Shown piece by piece: positions 61,421 through 64,000 of a DNA stretch of 64,000 nt. Made by a program: the position numbers and the translations under genes. Positions within the stretch are counted from its first letter, which is position 1; each line of letters starts with the position of its first letter. The notes beneath the pieces are model-generated. The model was given only the letters and a program-made list of their open reading frames with translations. It ran no database searches and was not told the origin of the DNA. Source of the stretch: Heterodontus francisci (Eukaryota); NCBI RefSeq assembly GCF_036365525.1, contig NC_090414.1, positions 20,793,846 to 20,857,845 of the forward strand. Reading direction: 5' to 3'.

Positions 61421-61919
61421 GCTTCCCAGGAACGGCGGCTGAATGGGGAAAGGTGGTGGGAATGGGACGTGGCAGAGCTCTGTCGTTAGGGAACGAGCAC
61501 AGGAGTGAAGACTCAACAACCTTCTTCAGAGCTGTACAATTCCACAGTTGTATAACGGGAAGCTAGGGGATTGAATCAGAATGGCTGCCAGGGGTGTAGC
61601 AGGTTACCAGGCCACTGTCCACTAACAGCAGAGGGCTGAAAGGATAAGAAAAGCTGCACTAACACTCAGACAGAGAGGCCAATGCACCTCACACAGACAG
61701 TGCCTGATTCCTGCACTGCTCAATGGGGTGTGGGGCGGACTGAGACACACATCTCTCGTGGAGTAGGAGAGCTAACCTGTGGCTGCAGGTCACACACCAT
61801 TCACCTTCTTACTCAGACCAGCAAAGGAACAGAGAACCCCCCCACAAAACCCCAGCCAAGAGCAGCAACACCAACAGCCATCGCTAGGTGTGTGCCGAAC
61901 GGTGTTTGATGTCCTTTAC

Positions 61920-62036
61920 CTGGGTGTTGACGATAGCTTGCTGCAGCGTGCTTTCCGGGAGGCTGAGATGTTTGACAAAGCTGCAGTCCTCGACCAGGTA
62001 GATTCGATTCTGCAGCCCACAGCGTTTCATCCGGAA
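61920..62036 (-). CDS. MUS81: MUS81 exon (ERCC4 domain)
   Basis: [33 protein letters not shown]. Confidence 0.95.
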
Positions 62037-62368
62037 CTGTGGAGACAGACGGTAGAAGCAGCGGTTTCTATGGTGCTGGTGAAAGAGTCCGCCTTCTGGG
62101 TGTTGGCACACAGGGTAACTAACCTACACAGTGCACTGAGGCAGCCTATATTACAGGCCCAGGACAATGGGAAATCACCGGCAGCAATGTACTTGTGTCG
62201 GGTAACAATCTCCCCCATGGAACACACTAGTGTTGGGTAACATTCACCTTAAGGAACACACAAAAAGCCGGTTATAGAGATGCTAATTTGAACCAGACCG
62301 TTCTCGAAGACTGACAGGAGCCCGGCCCTCACTTCCTGAGGTCATGACGATTGGACATTGCTCCTTAC

Positions 62369-62481
62369 TTTTTGCTCCCGGAAACGCCCATCCACGATGC
62401 TGCCGCACAGATCGTCCATCCTCTTTCTTTCCACCACGTAATCCAGCACTAGTTCCCGGGGACGGTGGGGGTGCAGCTGCC
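62369..62481 (-). CDS. MUS81: MUS81 exon with ERCC4 catalytic ERK motif
   Basis: [29 protein letters not shown]; upstream exons lie beyond the window. Confidence 0.95.
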
Positions 62482-64000
62482 CTGCAAAAGGAAGGAGGAG
62501 TCTGCTTCAGGGAAAAGAGAAAGGAGACCGAGACATCAGCTCAACGGCCTTTGGAGCTCCTCTAACTCCGTGTCCCCCTCTGGTTCATTCCAACAACAAC
62601 AATGACCTGCTTTGATAAAGCACCTTTAACATAGTAAATCATCTAAAGCCATTTCACAAGAATCAGGTAAACTTTGCAATGAACCACATAAGGACATATT
62701 AAGGACAGGCGACCAATAGCTCGGTCAAAGGGGTGGGTTTTAAGTAATGTCTTAAAGGAGGAGAGAGAGAGAGGGGCGGAGAGGTTTAGGGAGGGAATTC
62801 CAGAGCTCGGGGCCCCCGGGCAGCTGAAGGCACGGCCGCCAATGGTGGAGCGATGGGAATCGGGGGATGGACAAGAGGACGGAATTGGAGGAATACTTGA
62901 GCGTTTACAATCCACGTCGAGCCAGCAGGAGCTCCCTAAACCCCACCCATCTCTTCACTTTAAGACCCCCACCTTTGATCAGCCCAATTATCTCCTATAG
63001 GTCGGGGGTCTGTGTTTTTTTTTTTGATTCTGTCTCTGCGAAGTGCCTCGAGATGCTTTTCTACGTTAACAGGGGCAAGATAATTGCCAGAGGCGATGAA
63101 TGGTGTTGTTGTGAGTGAACACTGATATGACTAAGACCAGGATACATCTCACCTGTTTGGTGCTGAAAAAAAAAGGTAATTTCCAATCTCCCCGACAAAC
63201 ACAGACAAATTCAAACTCAGACCTTTTTCACAAAAAATTCGTCCATGGGATGTGGGTATCGCTGGCCAGGCCCAGCATTTATTGCCCATCCCTAATTGCC
63301 CTTGAGAAGGTGGTGGTGAGCTGCCTTCTTGAACCGCTGCAGTCCGTGTGGTGCAGGTACACCCACAGTGCTGTTAGGAAGGGAGTTCCAGGATTTTGAC
63401 CCAGTGACAGTGAAGGAACGGCCGATATAGTTCCAAGTCAGGATGGTGTGTGACTTGGAGGGGAACTTGCAGGTGGTGGTGTCCCCATACGTCTGCTACC
63501 CTTGTCCTTCTAGTTGGTAGAGGTCGCGGGTTTGGAAGGTGCTGTCGAAGGAGCCTTGGTGAGTTGCTGCAGTGCATCTTGTAGATGGTACACACTGCTG
63601 CCACTGTGCGTCGGTGGTGGAGGGAGTGAATGTTTGTAGATGGGGTGCCGATTATGCGGGCTGCTTTGTCCTGGATGGCGTTGAGCTTCTTGAGTGTTGT
63701 TGGAGCTGCACCCATCCAGGCAAGTGGAGAGTATTCCATCACAGTCCTGACTTCTGCCTTGTAGATGGTGGACAAGCACTGGGGAGACAGGAGGAGAGTT
63801 ACTCACTGCTGATTACTCTGACCTGCTCTTGTAGCCACGATATTTATGTGGCTGTTCCAGTTCAGTTTCTGATGCAGAAAAACCTGCTAGGGATGATCAG
63901 AGGATCTTTCTTCCCTGCGAGAACTCGAAATGCAAGTAAACGGGAATCGCCACCTGTATGGGGTGCAAGACCCTCGCTTTAGATCAACTTTTCCCAACCA

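Noticed and set aside
57634-61519. 1220-aa Pro/Leu/Ser-rich and 400-aa Gly/Arg-rich ORFs
   Set aside because: Translations of a low-complexity intronic tract with N runs.
62037-62247. Possible extra MUS81 exon (open frame after AAG at 62248)
   Set aside because: No MUS81 similarity; flanking exons already join in frame (..REQK|FRMK..).

Overview
Vertebrate genomic DNA; the repeat content (L2 and CR1 LINEs, Deu-domain SINEs) suggests a cartilaginous fish. The window holds the conserved block syntenic with human 11q13: FOSL1 (last exon, +), intronless CCDC85B (-), complete FIBP (10 coding exons, 357 aa, +), complete EFEMP2/fibulin-4 (10 coding exons, 444 aa, +) and the last 7 coding exons of MUS81 (-). 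CTSW is not detectable at its mammalian position. Introns and spacers are full of minisatellites and LINE/SINE fragments. The main discovery is a ~70-bp satellite, present as several arrays, that behaves as a sequence-specific landing pad. A Tx1-clade non-LTR retrotransposon (ORF1 zinc knuckle, ORF2 APE endonuclease plus RT) sits in it. Five poly(A)-tailed inserts occupy the same position of the unit (..TCTAACCCC[C/T]G|TGCTGTACC..) in the same orientation, in three separate arrays. They are a 5'-inverted (twin-primed) Tx1 3' end, a 75-nt copy of a Tx1 5' leader, a bare poly(A), a short unknown A-tailed piece, and a 21-nt exact match to U2 snRNA including its branch-point recognition sequence. 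All coordinates were read by eye; repeat boundaries are approximate and no database searches were run.
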